NCBI GenBank assembly: GCA_034780895.1
Contig: JAUZTB010000042.1
Location: 28,942,624 to 29,006,623, forward strand
Length of the DNA stretch: 64,000 nt
Origin: Rhynchobatus australiae
Taxonomy: Eukaryota
Reading direction: 5' to 3'
A program made the position numbers and the translations under genes. Shown here one piece after another: positions 24,931 through 38,400 of the stretch; the first letter of the stretch is position 1, and every line of letters begins with the position of its first letter. A model generated the notes under the pieces. That model was not told where the DNA came from, ran no database searches, and was given only the letters and a program-made list of their open reading frames with translations.

Positions 24931-25649
24931 CTAATATTGAATCATTAAAATTAAACATCCTTGCCTCTGTTCAATATAATAGTGTCATGAACAGCTCCAG
25001 CAAAATTTCGAAATATCTCCTGTCTCCTGAACCTTGTGAAACTTTGCATTATATTCACTCTCTTAATCTGGCTTTTTTATGGAAATAAACGTTTTAACAT
25101 CTTTTTACAATCATGCTTACTTAAACCATTGACTGTGCTTATATCAAACCATTCCCATGTCTCTGATTTATTTCAATAAATCTGAGAGATGAAATAGGTT
25201 CTGTCTTTATTTATTTCCCACGTTTTCTCAGTCAGGTTGTCACAGGAACATCTCATTTTCTGTGTTCATTTTATAGTTTCCAATGCAAACCACATCACAG
25301 TTGACATTCATTTTTATTTATTCAATATGGATTGGAAGGGAGAAAATACTTCTCTTTAAACCAGACGCTATGGAAAAATACTATGATGTCATTCTTGATA
25401 TGGTGTTCTAAATGTGTTCTTATGAAAGTCTCCTTGAATTCTACTGAGGATGAAAGAGTTTGTTGTACTTTCTTCTAAAAATGTAGTGCGACATGAAAGG
25501 ACCAAGTAATGGCTTAGAACTCAGTATACGTCTAAAAAATTACCCTGGAAAGATATCCTGCATTTGCAATCATTGAGTTCGCAGCACTTCTTGCTGGACA
25601 TGTCTACTTACCTTGAAGATGATGATTTTGTTAACTCTCTGTCAGACTG

Positions 25650-25775
25650 TTATAGAATCATAGAGTCGTACAGCATAAAGGGGCCCTTTTGGCCCACCTC
25701 ATTCATGCCAGTGGACATGCCCAGCTACGCTAATCCCACTTGCCTGCATTAGGCCTGTATTCGTCTATGCCTTTA
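25650..25775 (-). mobile_element. CR1-type 3' tail fragment
   Basis: atagaatcatagagtcgtacagca...ggccctttt-ggccca...ctaatcccacttgcctgcattaggcc is the reverse complement of the CR1/HE1 tail. Confidence 0.65.
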
Positions 25776-26379
25776 TCTCCTCCATAGCTTGCAAAGTCCC
25801 TCCACTGTCTCAATGGAAATGGTTTCAGGGTGCTTCCAATACACATCCTAGACTATGACTAACACTGCAGCAGTATTGATATGCCTACTTATCAAATTGG
25901 CATCGTTGTTCTACATTAGCCTCCTCTTTAGGTATGCGATAAACTCATTTCAACAAACCTGTTTCCATCTTGTCTTCTAACATCAGTGTGTGGATGGAGT
26001 CCCATCTGACCTTTTCCCCAATGAATATGAGGTAAACAAGGATTACCATCTTTGCCAACAGTTACTCTCTGTACGTACCTGCACCCTCATACAATTTGCC
26101 CTTTTCTGTGACAGTTCTAGCACTGGACCAGCTGGAACATGTGTCCTGAAGCTGGGTAACTCATAACATCCCTGCCAAGGTCTCCCATATAACTTGCAGT
26201 GGTCCGGGCCTTGATGCTCCTGACCTCCCTGTTTCTTGCCGCAACCACTTGTAACATTCATGTGTCTTATCTGTGGAGAAGACTCTACTGCTGTGAGCAT
26301 TCAGGGGCTTGTTTTCAGCCTGCACCACAGAATCTTGCCCTGAGCTTAGTGCTGAAAATGATGAAGTGTTTATCTCTAT

Positions 26380-26725
26380 ACTGATGCAGGAATAGGGTGT
26401 AGACAGGGAAGACGGTCAGAATCTTTTCCCCAGGTTAGAAATATTTAATACTAGATGACGTGCATTTAAGGCAAGAGGAGGAAAATTTAAAGCAGATGTG
26501 TGGGGCAATTTTTTTTACAGAGAGGGTGGTAGATGCCTGGAATGGGTTGCTGAGGTAATGGTAGAAGCAGATATGATGTGGCATTTATGAGGCTTTTAGA
26601 TAGACACAAGAATATGCAGGGCAAGGAGGGATATAGATCATGTACAGGCAGAATGGATTTAGTTTAATTTCATATCGTGTTCGGCACAGACATTGTGGAC
26701 TGAAGGGCGTGTTCTTGTGCTGTAT
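26380..26725 (+). mobile_element. CR1 LINE 3' end
   Basis: gcatttaaggcaagaggaggaaaatttaaagcagatgtgtggggcaa...cagagagggtggtagatgcctggaatgg...tgaagggcgtgttcttgtgctgta. Confidence 0.8.
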
Positions 26726-27689
26726 TGATAATTGTTTTGAATAATCCTTCAATGAGTCAGGCAGTTTTACTTGAATTCTCTCACTTCGCCAGATAATTCC
26801 AGAGAGCCTGATGAAGTATGATCAGGACTGTGCATCTTTTAGCTTGTGCTGTCAGCCTGATCATATATACACTAACTCTTCCCTCTAATCTTAGATGCTG
26901 AACATATAACCGTTGGAAAAACTCTGAAGGAAACGACACTTTCACAGTGTCCTTCTAAGAGGCTTGTGGTGCTGGTAAACTCACTGATGTCTCATACATC
27001 TCTGGTCCTCCTATCAGTGAAAATATCGTCTTCTTCTTTTTGCATATGTCCACGATTCTGTATCCTGCATCCCCTCCAAGTATTTCAATGATATTACTCA
27101 TTCTCAGCAACATCTCCACTCATTCTTTGTACAGGCATATGGCTGAAACTGCTCATATTTCTCAGCAGCACCAATATAGCCACCGTAATGTACTGCCTAC
27201 TTTCACTACTGCTTGATCTAGAGAACCCCTTTCTCTATATTCATATTTACTTATTACCCTGCTACTTCATCAAGCAGCAACATCTTAAACTTGTTGCCAA
27301 TCTGTAAGTCTCTTTTTCTATTTCTGTTCACTGAGGCAAATATCAAGGATAGCGGTACCAACAACAGTATGCTTTACTGAAGGTAGATGACAACCAACCA
27401 ACAGCAGTGGCTGGTGCAGCATTACATCAAAAGTCATAGCATTTGGTATACATAGTTCTTAAAGGTAAACTCACAGTTTTAAATACTACATATCCCAGTG
27501 CACAGAGGATTATGCTACAATCTCTAGAAGCAAGCTGTGTACATGCATGTTTGCTGATCACATTCAGTGATTATTCTCAGTTATATCACAAAGTATAAAA
27601 ATGTGAGGTTGTGCAAATTTCTAGCCCACTTTCTCCAGGTACACTTGATAAGTTTTGGGGGAAAAATATTAAGTCACTGAGTCAAGTTA

Positions 27690-27980
27690 AGATATTTATT
27701 TATTAGTCACATATACATCGAAACACACAGTGAAATGAGTCTTGTTGTATTACTGAGAATATGTTAGGGGTAGCCTGCAAGTGTCGCCACTCTTACGGTG
27801 CCAACGTAGATGACCACAGCTCCTAACCTGCACATCTTTGGAATGTTGGAGGAAACCAGAGCACCCGGAGGAAACCCATGCAGTTACGGGGAGATCGTAC
27901 AAAGTCCTTACAGACAGCGTCAGGAATTGAATTTGAGTCACTGGCGCTGTAATAGTGTTACGCTAACCGCTAGACTACTG
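27690..27980 (-). mobile_element. Near full-length V-SINE with a distinct 3' tail
   Basis: V-core (ggaggaaaccagagcacccggaggaaacccatgcagttacggggaga) and tRNA head (ggcgctgtaatagtgttacgctaaccgcta) in reverse; tail tttattagtcacatatacatcgaaacacacagtgaaatg. Confidence 0.85.
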
Positions 27981-28399
27981 CATCAGACTATGTATGCAAT
28001 CATGAAGAACTATTGAAAAATCCACATAAATCACTAGTTAGAACAATCCCCCACATAAACTTTTATTTGAAGCTTCATTTTTTTTTTATGAACATAACCA
28101 AAAATATTCCACAGCATTTTCACTTGCAATTAACCAGAAGTAACGCCAACACCTTTCAACATCTGCCTGGTGAAATACTGTGACAATATCGAGCCAAGGT
28201 ACTGAAAGAAACATTGGAAAATTGACAGCATTTCATGTTTTCCAAAAATAAATTAGACTTCTGCCATAATTTATTCATTGATTTTGTTTTGAGAAACTAC
28301 CAAGATGTGCTATGGCTTGATTATTCTGCAAGATTATTGTACTTTATTAGTTTACTTCATTTTGAATAACAGATTCAGAAATAGTCTTTAGGGGAGAAT

Positions 28400-28640
28400 A
28401 AAGTGGCACAGACATTCGTGCTGCTCTCTCTCTCACAGCTCCAGTGACCTGGGTTCAATTGCAACCTGTCTGAGGAGTTTGCATGTTCTCTCTGAGACTG
28501 GGTGGACTTCCCCCTAGTGCTGGTTTCCTCCCACATCCCAAGGGCTGTGTTTCAGTTTNNNNNNNNNNGGAGTTAATGGGTGTGTGAGGGAGAACTGACA
28601 TGGATTTGATGGGCTGAATAGCTGCCTTCATTGTAAGACA
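28400..28640 (+). mobile_element. V-SINE/HE1-like SINE
   Basis: gtggcacag...tcacagctccagtgacctgggttcaat (A/B boxes) followed by ggagtttgcatgttctc...ggtttcctcccacatcccaa. Confidence 0.8.
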
Positions 28641-29029
28641 ATGAGTTGACTTTGCAGGAGTCTGTAGTACACACCACTAATGAACTGTGCAGCAATTGTC
28701 ACTGGGAGCGTGGAGCATTTGGAAGGTTGGTCGGGTTGGCATTTACGAAAGTGCGCATGATGCATCGTGAGAGCTTGACCAATTTAATGTGTTGTTAGCT
28801 GGAAAGATTAACTAGCTGAAGTTTTCAGCAGAGGATCGGGGACCAAGGAAGTTATTAGTGGCTGCTGCTGTGTGCTGTTCTCATTTTAGTGCACCCATTA
28901 GGATACATTATATTTTTTAAACAGCAGTCCAAAATATTGGAACCTGGCCTATTGACAGTGAGAAATGCCCTATATACAGGTTCAGAAGATGTAGAACTGA
29001 CTTCCACAACTGGCAATTGTTGCTAAGTC

Positions 29030-29200
29030 GGATGTTAATTTTAAACCTGAGATTGATAGACTTTGGTTAACCAAAGGCATTTAAAGGATGTGAAAAAAGA
29101 TGAACAAATGGAGTTGGGGCACAGATCGACCACGATCAGACTGAAAAATGGAAAAAGCTTGAGGAGTTAGATGGCCTACTCCTGTAGCTATTTTCCTAAA
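29030..29200 (+). mobile_element. CR1 3' tail fragment
   Basis: ctgagattgatagactttgg...cagatcgaccacgatc...atggcctactcctg. Confidence 0.6.
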
Positions 29201-30339
29201 TCAATGTTTATATGCCTCTTGTTCCGATAGCAGTGCAGTTAATGGCTTTCAGAATTCATTCTTATCGAAATGGCTGACAGCCAGATACGATGTGCTACAT
29301 CTGTTTGAAAACCTGCATGGGAAAATGCATTAGACCAATCTCTTTTTTTTTGATATCAGCTGTGTAACATATGTTTATCCTCTGGTATGTTAATCAAGAC
29401 ATAATACAACAATAAATCATTCTGTAAGGTAAAATATTCGGATCTTTGAAGTTGAAGATCATAGGAAGAACTAAAGAAGACTTCTTTGCTACTTATACTG
29501 GCTGTACAATAGCTAATCCACGCAAAGTTAAAAGCTAACCAAAGCTTAGAAAGCCCAGAACCCTTTGGAGTTTATTGAGGGACTTCCTGCTGGGCTAAGC
29601 AGACATTTGTCAACTTTGGCTGAAAATAAAATCAATAACATCTGAAATAATGCTTGGGTGACCAAAGTTTTATTGGAAACAGATCGTCCTTAATCTTAAA
29701 CCTATAAGAATGATAATTCCTCATCATAGCTAAGTCCTTTTATTGCTCAATTCTGATTATACCAGATGATGTAATTTCCAAAGGACCATTTTTACCAATA
29801 CTTTTTTTATTATTAACTATTCAGATTCTAAAACTGCTTGCTTGTAGTATAATGATGTAATGTAACTAGTTACCAGTGTTTCATTATTCACGTGTACCAA
29901 GGAATGCAATATTCACCTTTTCTCCACCACAGTACATCACTTGTTTTAAATCCTTTCTTTTGGATTACTGTGAGTGCAAATTTGGATTTAGGTAATCAAC
30001 GTACCAACTAATCCCCTCAGCTGCTAATGGAATTCTAACGCTTGTAAAAAGCTGATGAAGCTCTGTAATTGCTCAGTAAATAGGAGTAATGTATGATGGT
30101 ATGTCAGGCAATACAAATTCATAGCAGGTGATTCTGATGCAATAGATTTTGGCCCAGGGTTGCCAGAGAAATACATCTGCCTGATTATCCCCCAACGGGA
30201 AACCTGAACATGCTCATAGGTGAGTTGTTCTTCCAGAGCCAATGGACAGCTTGCCACTTGGAGAGAGAGTGAAAACCAGTTGCCCATTCACAAGGCTGGA
30301 GCTGAGAGTTCCAACTTAACTGAGAAGGAATGACTAAGG

Positions 30340-30735
30340 ATGGGAGCACAGTTTTATGCCTATGGTCAATTGAGTTCAGAAGACTGAGAAGGGATCTTAT
30401 TGAAATGTATAAGATTCCATTGGGATTGACAGGGTGATGTTGACTGTCTGTGTAGAATTGGCACTTTCTCCATGTGGCTGTGTGGGTTCCCTCCAGGTGC
30501 TCTGCTTTCCTCCTGCATCCCAAAGAGTATAGGTTGGTACGTTAATTGGGCACTGAATCACCCCTATGCATAGATGAGTGGTAGAATCTAGATTTGGTGG
30601 GTGGTGGTGGTGGGGGGTGGTGTAGTATGCAAGAGGAATAGGCTACAGGGAAAGTTAGAGGGGGAATGGGATCGCTCTGTGAGCCAGTATAGATGGATTG
30701 AAATAACCTCCTTTAATATTGTGAGGAAATATGAA
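30340..30735 (+). mobile_element. CR1 fragment (about 30340-30440) abutting a headless V-SINE (about 30445-30735)
   Basis: ttgagttcagaagactgagaagggatcttattgaaatgtataag followed directly by ctgtctgtgtagaattggcactttctccatgtggctgtgtgggttccctccaggtgctc. Confidence 0.7.
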
Positions 30736-33700
30736 ACTGGGGGTTGATGAGTAGACATTTTCTTTGAAATTAAAATATTTAAGTGATTTGTTAAGGCGGT
30801 GAAAGTACTGATAGTATTTGTAGAGTGTGCACCATGCATATCTGAATAAAGCTACTTGGTTAAAGGGATCCTTGTCAAATGTGTAGTTCTAAATTGCAAA
30901 GTCAAACTTCTATAAGGGACACAAGGCTTACAAAGACTTGGTTCCTACCTGTCAGTTACTTTCAGGACCATTCATCACCTGGTAGCCACCTTTTATTGGC
31001 CAATGTGGCTGAATGAAGAATGGCCGCACTGCAGACTACCAAGGCAATTACTGCTGGCAGAGTAACCAATATAATTCGCTGCTCTTCTCACTCAGTGCTG
31101 AGGAAATGAAACCTCTTTCACGGCAGAGCTGAAATGCACCATGTGTGCAATTAATGGGAGTGTGTACAATGGGTAATGTAGCCCTCTGCAGGCTCTGAGG
31201 TCACCATTGTACCTGGAGATGGCTGCAGGTTTTTGGTGAGGACCTCTTTGCAGAAGTACAGATGTTTCACTGGATTGAACCCAGGTCACCGGAAGTGGGG
31301 ACTAGCTCCACTGTGCTGCTCCTTAGCTGAGGTGGCTGTGTACGAGTATGCCTAGTAATCGGTCTGGACTGAATATACTTTCCTGACTTTGGATGAGTAG
31401 ATCAGTTCCTCCAACTCTAATTCAACAGCCTTTGAATTGTCAATTGGTGTTCATACACTTTTTATCCTTACTATCCACTGGTGTGCACACATGACTAACT
31501 GCATGATCAGTTCTTGACTGGCCAATTAGGCCATGCTCTCCTCAATGGCTGGTTATTGTCCTCACTGTTATCATATAGGCCTAAGCTGCCAAGTTGCGAT
31601 GTGAACAGTTTGTTGAAGTGGCAAGTTTTATCCATCTACAGTTCACCCTTGTGAATTATAAATTGTCCTTCAAGCAGATTCTGCAGTCTATTTTAGTTGT
31701 CCTTTTAACCTTAAGTTTTTTTTTCATTTAACCATCTTGGGATCAGTTGGTTAATTCCACAGCAAACATGCACAACTAAAGCCAAATAAACATTTTTAAT
31801 TTTATCATTTTTAGTGTTTTAACTAATTATATATTTTAGAAAATTATTAAAGTTTTAAAAATTAGTTAGTTTTATATAAATTTTATATTTCTGAATAGAT
31901 ATTTATAGTTTTGAAAGCCAGAAAAGCTTAGAGAAGGACTTTGTCAACTGTTAAAGTTGACAGCTGCGTTTCAGGGACAAGATTCTGCTGCACCATTGGA
32001 GACCCTTCTACTTGGGGCATTCTGGTACCACCTGGGGTGCTTTGGGCCAATTTGGTAGATCCTTTGCATCAGGTTAGGTAAGTTTGGGTTTGATGAGACT
32101 GTGGGCAGCAAGAATATAGCAGCAGGATTTGGCTCAATAACACATGATTTCTCTAGCCATCTAGATGAGCACTTGAATCACCAAGATTTAGAGGGCTACA
32201 CACCAAAAATGCTATAAATTTGATTAGCGTAGATGGTTACTTGATGGCAGATTAAAGAACCCGTTTCTCTGCTGTGTGATTCTGTAACTTTTATATCGCA
32301 AAGAGATAGCTGAGAGAAGTTATTGAGTTATGGAAAAAGTTAATCTGAAGTACAACTTTAAACTAAATATTGGGAGTAAGACTAAAGTAAGTTGATCCTA
32401 GAACCAACAATATTCCCACGTGCAGAGGGTGATCAATATTTGGAATGGAATTCTATGAGACGTGGTGAAATTAAAACCTTGGACTTCCTGTTGCATCTAA
32501 TTGTTTTAAGTGTGGGATACCTTCAGATGGGCCAAATCATCTTCCATTTCTAAAAGTATACCGTGTGTTCTGAGTCTAAGCCACAGCAACATGGTTGATC
32601 TGTTTTCAGTGGAGAATGGAAGATTTGTTTGAATAATTAATAGATGAATTATTAATATAAAGTATAGGAATTTGCTTGAACTTTTAAAGATCTTTAAAAT
32701 TTATAGAATGACAAATTTCATTGCACAGGAAGAACATATTTAGCCCATTTCATTTGCGCCAGGCAAAGAAATTTTGGATTATTCCCACATTCCAGCTCTC
32801 AATCCATTGCCTTAGTGGGTAAAATATATCTGTGTATATTTCCAAACTGTAATTTGTTGGCAATAGGTAACATGGCATCAGGCATACTATCAAGAGAAGT
32901 ACATGCTTCTTAAGTTAATATTACTGAAGACTAAGCTTGCCAATAAACTTGATCTTTGCAACAAATTGTAGACTCTTTTTGTTTATTTTAATGCAATGAA
33001 AATGTTATGGTACTGGTGAATAAAATAAGTAAATTGTGTAATCAAATAAAATGGAAAGGGTGGAATAATGACAGTTAATTGAAACATTCAATTTTTCTGG
33101 GTGAGAAGTTTTGAGGTAGCATTTTTGAGGTGTGTCTGCTTCAATCGTTGCCCAACCTCATTGAATTTCATGGAATTTATTGTTAATGTTAATTCATTCC
33201 ATTAATTAGTCTAATGACATTTTTCATGGTCCTCTACAGCATAGCTCCTGATTCATTGAGTAGAGTTATTGAAGCAGGCTCCAGAAGGCCTCCAAACTCC
33301 TCACCTCAAGAGTTTGTTANNNNNNNNNNNNNNNNNNNNNNNNNNNNNNNNNNNNNNNNNNNNNNNNNNNNNNNNNNNNNNNNNNNNNNNNNNNNNNNNN
33401 NNNNNNNNNNNNNNNNNNNNNNNNCTGACTCTATTTGTAGAATGTTTCTTTGTTCTCAAATTTCCTCAGGGCTACCTGATCTAATTAAACTCCAAGCCCT
33501 CTTCCCCAAAAGGAACGCGTGTGAGGTCCCACTCCCCATGTTCAGTAAGTCAGCCTCCAAAATAAAATACTGCCTATCCCTATAACTGCAGCAGCCTATT
33601 TCGAGTTACTGGAATCCTGATTCCCCTCCTCTAAGGATGAATAAACAATCCTTGTGCATGGGAAAAATGTCCAGGGAGCTTATTAGGATTGTCTAAATTA

Positions 33701-34999
33701 TCCATGGAATCCAGCTGGGGGTTGGCTGCCACTCTACAAGCACAGGTGCATCTGGGAACACTGGTTATTTTGCACCCTATTTAGAGATTTGGTGATTTTG
33801 GAAAGGTAAAGAGGCAAAATGTGAAGAATTTTAGATTTAAAATTATTCTTTGAAAAATTAAAATAATTCATCATATCCATACTAAATGCAAAATTAGAAT
33901 ATAGGTATAATAACAATTTTAATACTCCAAGCAAATTAAAATCTATGTGTAGCTTTTACTTATTGTAAAACATTTTACTTCTTTGTAAAATAGATGTTCT
34001 ATCTTTATGAAATGGTGTACAGAGTTAAACCAAGTGTACCTATGCACAGTTCTCTCTAAAATAGTCAGCACTTTTTGAGTTGTATCTGAGGAACTAAAGA
34101 TGAAGTCTTATCCTCTACAAATTCATGATTTAGGAGATGTTTGTCATAAGTCATTGTTCACACTAACACCACTTCTCAGGCTGTAAGTTATTTTAGAAAA
34201 TCCTGTTTTCATGTACAAGTTAAAAATGCGCAAATATTGTGCAAGAATATATTTGCCTGCAAAAGTACAGAAGTGATGTAGGAGGCTCCTTTATTAGCAA
34301 AGGTTCCTAAATAAATCAATCAGTCAACTATCATCTGAATTGTTAATGTAGAGAATCAACATTAAGAATGTGGAGGTACTTGACATATATAGTGACTGAT
34401 TTTCCTTAATAGAGCCATTGCTCACATTTTAAACTGTTCTGAACTTGCCTATTGCAGATCTGTTTTGTCAGTTTTACTGGCCAAGACCATCCCTGAGCTG
34501 AGCTGTGACACACAGTGTTGGAAAGACCTCTGTTGAAGGATCTGGGTGACAAGGGGTGGGCTAGAACAAGAACTGCCCATGAAACTCCTTATGAAAGCCC
34601 TGCCAAGGTTTTCCATTTAATAACTAAATAAAAGTATTAAAACATTTTACAATAGTACATTGTTTTAAGGAAAATAAAATAAAGAAATTACAATTAAAAG
34701 AATTAATAAAGATGCAAATAATTAAAAGAAAGATAATTTGCCTTGCTCTTACCCTTCTTCCCACAGCCCAACATTCACCATTCAAATGAAGGGGTTTGGA
34801 GACACTAGCTCAGGATCCAATAGGAGATTGCAACAAGTTCTTGCTCCATTGCTTGTAGAGTGAGCACTGCTAGGAAATAAATGTTGGAATTTGGCCCACA
34901 GATTATAACTTCCACATTTGCATGGGAATTATGGAAACAGTTGGCACTTACCTGCAAAAGCCAGGTCATAATTTCATTAGATGACTCTTTAAAAAAAAT

Positions 35000-35465
35000 A
35001 ATCCATTTCTGGGATCTGGATGTTGCTGGCAAGGCCAGTGTGTATTGCCGGTCCCTAACTGCCCTTAAGAAGGTAGCAGAGAACTACTGCAGTCCTTGTG
35101 GTGAAGGTACACCCACAGTGATTTTGCGTCAGGAATGTTAGGACTTAAAGACCCAGGAACAATGAAGGACTCCAAGGTATGTGATTCGGATGTGAACCTG
35201 TAGTGCTTTAAACCCTTTGCACCTACTGCTCTTGTCCCTCTTGATGGTTGAGACTGTGAGTACAGGATGTGCTGCAGAATAGCTTGGACAAGTAACAGCA
35301 ATGCATTTTGAAGCCACTGTATGCCAGTGGTGCAGGGCACGAATGTTTAGGGGGATGGATGGAATGCCAATCAAGCGGGCTACTTTATCCTGAATGGTGT
35401 TGATCTTCTCGAAAATTGTTAGTTCTGCACATTTCCAGGCAAGTGCAAGATATTCTATTGTGATC
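35000..35465 (-). mobile_element. LINE 3' region of another CR1/L2-group family, antisense
   Basis: gggatctggatgttgctggcaaggccag...ccctaactgcccttaagaagg is the reverse of a tail also seen at 53880-53995 (+). The minus strand encodes QDKVARLIGIPS.....ALHHWHTVA. Confidence 0.7.
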
Positions 35466-38400
35466 CTGACTTGAACAGTGAAAGATCATTGACTCGATAT
35501 ACTAAGAGGTCAAAACCATGGAAATCATCTAGATAAAACATTAATTGTTTNNNNNNNNNNNNNNNNNNNNNNNNNNNNNNNNNNNNNNNNNNNNNNNNNN
35601 NNNNNNNNNNNNNNNNNNNNNNNNNNNNNNNNNNNNNNNNNNNNNNNNNNCTCACTCCACAGATTCTCTCTGCTGAACATTTCCAGGATTTTTAGTTTTT
35701 ATTTCAGTAGCTTGCTTTGTTTTATATTCATCATTCTAGATTTCTTGAATATATACTTATGAATAATATCTCAATGGTTTTCCATAATTTTTATTAATTA
35801 AAAAAATTAAATATTTTTTTCAGAAATTACTGCCTTTCATGAAATGTGCAAGGATCATTAATTGATTTTGGTTATCAAAATTACGCTCTATGCAATCACC
35901 AAAAAACACAAATGTTCCTATTTGATGAGTGCCTTCACAATTCTGATTTAATTTCCAGGAGAGATGCAGCTAATTTACTAGGAAGATGAAGATGCATTCT
36001 TCTTAAGTTTTCTTTACATAATATTACAAAATCAAGACTTCAGTTTCAACCTCCTCTAATGTTAGATCTATGACTTTGGGTACAGTTTCCTGTGGTAATG
36101 AACATTTGAAGTTTCATGCAGAAACAGGTATTGAACTGCGATGCTTTACAAAGGGAATAAGGGGAGCAAACACAGGGCCAAAGGATATCATTTAAGAAAG
36201 TGGCTCAAGTCCAAAGACTTTTGAAGAGATTCATCAAGAAGGATGGAGAGGTAGCTATAGATTTTGAGACTATATAGGAAAAATAAAACAGATGATTAGC
36301 AATCAGCTCCTCCATTGAGCTAAATAGACAAAAACAAGAATTTGGAATTGGAAATTTTGGGGAATGGGAGCTAATGTAGGTTAACAAGGGTGGCAACAAT
36401 AGGAGAGATCTAGTATAGAGTACAGAATAATAAGTACCATTAGTATTGTTACCTGGACAAATTAATTAGCAAGACTGTTAAATTCAATAGCCCCAAAAAA
36501 CATATGGGAATGAAATTTGCAATGAATCCATGGTACAGTGCAGGCTGCACATCAACTACATGCTGCTGGATGATTATATTTATTCTTGAATTCAACCATG
36601 TTGATCTTTGGCTGGCATTTATGCTCCCACCTCTGACATTCTACCATTGCCCCAAAGAAGAGGAACAAGTACCATCATCTTTTGTTTTAGCTGGAGGATA
36701 GTATGATTTTCATACTGGCTTGGTCAAGAAAATGGAGGGGTGTTCTGGAGCCTTACAGGGCATAGGATTTGAACACCTTTGACGTGCAATGGTGAAGAGT
36801 AGGAACTTCCTGGGGAACAGGCAGAATTATGGAGGTAAAAGACATTGTATGCTTCATATCAAGATAGGAAAACAGTTGAGAGGTGTTGGTTGGACAAATG
36901 GGGAGACCCCAGCTAGTTGGAGATGGACAGACAAAATCAAATATTAGAACCAGGGTATCGGGAGGAAAGTTTGAAAAGACTTGTACTGGCAGAGATGGAG
37001 AAAACATGAATGCAGTGAAAGAATAATCTGTTGATGACTGTGGAGATGTGCTGCACGATAGCCTTGACGGGCTGCTTGGTTTCTTCCTCTCCTCCTCCTC
37101 CTTGGTTGCTTATTATAGAATCAGTAACAGGAACTGTGTCCTGTATTGCAAGATTGTTCTGTATATGTGTAATACCATAGACCTTGAGAGCTGGATGTTG
37201 AGGATTGGAATTCCTTTCAGTTTCCACATAACGGTGTTTTGAAATGCAGTGCCCGCAAAGCAATGTGTATGCAATCACTGGCACCAAGGAGAATCTTACA
37301 ATCCTCATAAAATCATATGCTCTGCTCATGCTAATGTCTAGCAAAGAACAAAATATAATTGGCTCTGTGTGAATCAAGAGGGTCAAGGCTTCCCTTTATT
37401 AAACACAGCAAAAGGTTAGATGCTATAAATATCTCCAGTTCCATTAGTGTTCATTGCCACGTACATCTTGTCCAGTCCTGGCAGTGCACTCTTTGCTGTT
37501 CTCTGAGATGGCCATTATATAGGCAGCAGGTGATGGATGTGGAAATGCAGATTTCCCATGCACAGTTCTCAGGGATTTAGTTCAGAGAATTGCTCCCTGA
37601 ACACCCTGGCGAAATGGAGCTGTTAAGGAGCTTCCTCCATCGCTATCACCACAATGACCTCCACCTTCCAGCTGCTCCTACTGGTCTAATGCCCTCTACT
37701 CATTCTCTTTGTTCAGCTCTGTTGCAAAGGGGAACTCTTCTAATGCACCTGTGTCTGGGAGCAGCTGGTTTGTGCAGCGATCTTAATTCAGCAAACAGTC
37801 CTTCAACTCCATTCCCCATGGAGTTCTGCAACTTGAACCTACTGTGGAAAGGTCCAAACGTGTAGATGCAATAACACCATGTAGAAATCAACAAGCAACT
37901 AACCTGCAGATAATTTCTTCAATAATGTTGGTGATGAGATAAGTGTATGGACATGTTTCTTCTTTCTGAAATTGCCCCAGTAAAGAATAAAATGTTACCT
38001 ACAACTTGACAAAAGTTTTAAAGGAAGTATTAGATGATATGCCTCCCCTCTTCAGCTGTCATACCAGTTTGGTAAATAATTAGTACAGGGACTATTCGTA
38101 CTGTTCATCTCCAGCATACTTTGAACATGAGCAAGGACAAGATGTTTATTACTGTGGTCATGGTGTTGCACAATAATATATAAAACATGAAATTTTTTTT
38201 TTGATTTTCTAGTTAGGAATNNNNNNNNNNACTTAAATCTTGCTTCAAGTCAATTTCTTTCTGGAAAATGTAAGATCATCTTGACTGTGATAGTAAACCA
38301 TTGACTTATTACCAGAAAATACAACTTTCTAGATGACAATCTAAGTGTAATGTGTTAGATTGTTCAAAGAATATATTCTTTATGCCTACAGGCCCAATAA

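Noticed and set aside
27900-27980. tRNA-like sequence (also near 12170, 28400, 40750 and 46540)
   Set aside because: These are A/B-box heads of SINEs attached to SINE bodies; no complete cloverleaf is evident.
36580-37260. Possible Penelope RT remnant (also 53480-53800) and the 149-aa minus ORF at 36937-37386
   Set aside because: Only vague resemblance to RT motifs; too degenerate to support, and the ORF resembles no protein I recognise.
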